Shown in pieces: positions 61,422-64,000 of a stretch of DNA of 64,000 bases. The notes beneath the pieces were generated by a model. It did not search any database, had not been told where the DNA came from, and saw only the letters and a program-made list of their open reading frames with translations. Both the position numbers and the translations under genes were made by a program. The stretch is taken from positions 1,184,001 through 1,248,000 of the forward strand of contig OZ244922.1 of the NCBI GenBank assembly GCA_965221905.1, read 5' to 3'. This stretch comes from Chloroflexota bacterium (GTDB lineage Bacteria; Chloroflexota; UBA11872; VXOZ01). How positions within the stretch are numbered: position 1 is the stretch's first letter; the number at the start of each line of letters is the position of its first letter.

Positions 61422-61913
61422 ATGAAACGTGTGACTATCTACACAGACGGCTCTTGCATCGGGAATCCGGGCCCTGGCGGCTATGGGGCGGTTATTCTAT
61501 TCAACCAACACCGCAAGGAGATTGCCGCCGGGTATCGCAAAACGACGAATAACCGCATGGAGATTCTGGCGGCTATCCGTGCGCTGGGAAAACTCACTGA
61601 ACCTTGCGCAGTTGTCCTGCATAGCGACTCCAAGTATCTTGTGGACGCGATGAGCAAGGGTTGGGCGGAAAAGTGGCGAGCGGACGGATGGAAGCGCGGG
61701 AAGGATGGCAAGGCTGCTAATCCCGATCTGTGGGCACGCCTGCTCGAATTAGCCGCCACGCACCGCGTGACCTTCAAATGGGTGCCCGCGCACCGCGGCA
61801 TACCGGAAAACGAACGCTGCGATAAGCTCGCGAACACAGCGGCGCGAGGTGATGACTTGCTGATTGACGAGGGATATGAGAAGTCCGCTGCGTCCGCAGC
61901 GACAGATTCGTAG
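61422..61913 (+). CDS. rnhA: Ribonuclease HI
   Basis: YTDGSCIGNPGPGG, TTNNRME, SDSKY and ENERCDKLA motifs. Confidence 0.96.
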   Translation: MKRVTIYTDGSCIGNPGPGGYGAVILFNQHRKEIAAGYRKTTNNRMEILAAIRALGKLTEPCAVVLHSDSKYLVDAMSKGWAEKWRADGWKRGKDGKAANPDLWARLLELAATHRVTFKWVPAHRGIPENERCDKLANTAARGDDLLIDEGYEKSAASAATDS

Positions 61914-62021
61914 GAATGTCGCTCTATGGATTCGCCGATTGCGGAAGCGGCAGTGCGAGTGGGCCCTAATTCGCTGGCGTAGTGATTTTAGCGGTCGCTC
62001 GCGCTCGCTTTGAAACAGAGT

Positions 62022-63221
62022 TCAGGCGTCCAGGTGCTTAACGGCATCTCGGAGCGCCGTGTCGCTCCTGCTGGGCGCAAAGCGCTGGGGGGTAAGTCTG
62101 AGGGCGGAATTGCGCAACCAGCAGGCAAGCGGGTTCTGCCATTGGCCGACCCACCCCATGCGTCTGGATACTCTCACGATGTTGGCGGTGCGTGCGCGGC
62201 GGCGGTCTTCGTAGGCGCGCAGGGCCGCAACGTGGTCGGCATGGCGGCTAAGGCATTGGGCGAGCACGACCGCATCTTCGATTGCCATGCATGCGCCTTG
62301 ACCGAGATTCGGGGTGGTAGGGTGCGCCGCGTCACCGAGCAGAGTCACGCGGCCTTGGCCCCACCGGGCAAGTGGGGGACGGTCACAGATGTCAGTGCGA
62401 ATGAGCGTTTCAGCAGGGGTGGCAGCAAGCGCTTGGGGAACCGGCGCGGCCCAGTCTTGAAACAAGCCTTGAAGTCTGTCTTTGAGCGGCTGGCCGGTTT
62501 CCGCGCCACCTGCGGGTGCGTTCCATGTGGCATACCAGTAGACTTGGTCTCTATTGATGTGAAATAAGCCAAACCGCTGACCGCGCCCCCAGGCTTCAAA
62601 TCCCGTGCCCTCTGGGAGGGAGTCCGGTGCGAGCATAGTGACCCCGCGGCTTGACGTGTAGCCGGCATAGCGCGGCGGCTTGGCGCCCCACAATTGCGCG
62701 CGAACCGTGCTGAAGAGTCCGTCTGCTCCGATCAAGATTGTGCCGTGCGCCTCTTCACCGGTGACAAACTGCGCCGTAACTCCCGTGTCGTCCTGCGTAA
62801 ACCCAACACACTCGCTGCCTAGACGAATCGTGCCGGCGTTCAATGCCTCGGCAAGCGCCGCGTGCAGGTCCGCGCGATGCACGACTGTGGTCACTACGCG
62901 GAGTTGCCTTTCTAGCGGCTCTGGGGTCAACGCGTTCAATGTCGCGCCGTCGTGCGCACGGATTTCGATACGCTCTGCGGGTGAGCCTACCGCTCTCACC
63001 GCGTCGGCGAGACCGAGCTTTGTCAGCGCATACATGCCGTTCGCGCCGAGGTTGATCCCTGCGCCTACTTCCTGCAACTCAGGCGCGCGCTCGAAGACGG
63101 TGGCGGATATGCCCACCTGCTGCAAGGCTAGGCCGGCTGCCAGCCCGCCTATGCCGCCGCCGATGATGAGGACAGTTGTCTCGGCGGTCGTCGGTGTCCG
63201 GCGTAATGAAGCGCTGGCTAT
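62022..63221 (-). CDS. FAD-dependent monooxygenase, apparent ATA start
   Basis: IIGGGIGGL upstream of the called ORF; GADG and LLGDAAHPTTPNLGQG motifs. Confidence 0.85.
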   Translation of the reverse strand: MASASLRRTPTTAETTVLIIGGGIGGLAAGLALQQVGISATVFERAPELQEVGAGINLGANGMYALTKLGLADAVRAVGSPAERIEIRAHDGATLNALTPEPLERQLRVVTTVVHRADLHAALAEALNAGTIRLGSECVGFTQDDTGVTAQFVTGEEAHGTILIGADGLFSTVRAQLWGAKPPRYAGYTSSRGVTMLAPDSLPEGTGFEAWGRGQRFGLFHINRDQVYWYATWNAPAGGAETGQPLKDRLQGLFQDWAAPVPQALAATPAETLIRTDICDRPPLARWGQGRVTLLGDAAHPTTPNLGQGACMAIEDAVVLAQCLSRHADHVAALRAYEDRRRARTANIVRVSRRMGWVGQWQNPLACWLRNSALRLTPQRFAPSRSDTALRDAVKHLDA

Positions 63222-63284
63222 CGCAGTCTCCTTGCTTGTTGTTGGTATCCTGCCGTTCCGTTTAGGGGCAGAGCTTGCGGACGG

Positions 63285-64000
63285 CTATCCGGTGCGGGCC
63301 ACCACCAGCGCATCGACGCCGGATTCCGCGCCCCAGACTTCGCCGGGCCTGCCGAGGAGTTGCCGCACGGAGGCGCCGGAGCTCGGAAAAGGATAGGCGG
63401 CGAATGACTCATCCACCGGATCGAAGCGAACAAGGGCATTTGCGCCAAAGTCCGTGAGCCAGACCAAATCGTCTTCATCGACGTAGACCGCGTAGGCGCG
63501 CGCTGCGCCGGGGAGCGGCCACTCCCGCCAGCTTTGGTCTGTCGGGTCGTAGAGACTGACTTGACCGGTATTCCATTCCGCCACCCAAATGCGGTTTTGC
63601 GAATCCGACCACACGCGCCGCGCGCCCTGGCGGGCCGTGGGCGGTTCCAGTTCCGTGACCGCGCCGGTAGCCGTGTTGATAAGTCCCACGTAGCTCCCCG
63701 CTAGCGACGCGTAATAGACATTGCCGTCAGGTGTGGTGCAGATGCCGTAGGGGCCGCGGGGGCCTCGAACACTTCCACCTCCGCGCTCTGGGGGTCTACA
63801 CGGCCATAGATACCGCTCTGTCCTGTAAACCAGCAGATGCCTTGGAGGTCGAAGGTTGCCGTATTGAGGTTGGTATAGCCGGTATTTTCCGGCAGCGGGA
63901 AGAGCGTAACCGCTTCTGTGGACGGATCGACGCGCACGATAGCGTTGAGGCCGCCGTCGGTGATCCAGGGCGCGCCGTCCGGCCCGACAATCACGCCATG
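63285..64000 (-). pseudogene. Virginiamycin B lyase (Vgb)-like beta-propeller, frameshifted near 63760; 5' end outside the window
   Basis: HGVIVGPDGAPWITD...FEAP continues in another frame as RGPYGICTTPDGNVYYASLAGSYVG. Confidence 0.7.

Overview
GC-rich (about 60% by eye) bacterial chromosomal segment; gene content (LCP, DegV, YabN/MazG, MtaB, PrmA, Sec-containing SelD, many SDR/Gfo oxidoreductases) suggests a Chloroflexota genome, which is inference only. Core genes: cysK, tgt, gcvT-gcvH-gcvPA-gcvPB, mazG, galE, mtaB-HIT, xdhC, grpE-dnaJ-(DNA MTase)-prmA, selD, degV-tldD-pmbA, tRNA-Leu(GAG), tmRNA, hesB/iscA, rnhA. No CRISPR array, integrase or IS transposase was seen. Intergenic DNA carries many short palindromic repeats of at least four families. 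Main leads: (1) a HesB/IscA gene whose TGA stop looks like a C-terminal selenocysteine codon with a SECIS-like hairpin; (2) a tandemly duplicated two-gene cassette whose four proteins share an unrecognised His/CxxC/His module; (3) a GIY-YIG nuclease bounded by palindromic inverted repeats inside the gcv operon, with a gene-less copy 43 kb away and a related repeat inserted in frame in galE. Family names come from motif recognition by eye, not from database searches.
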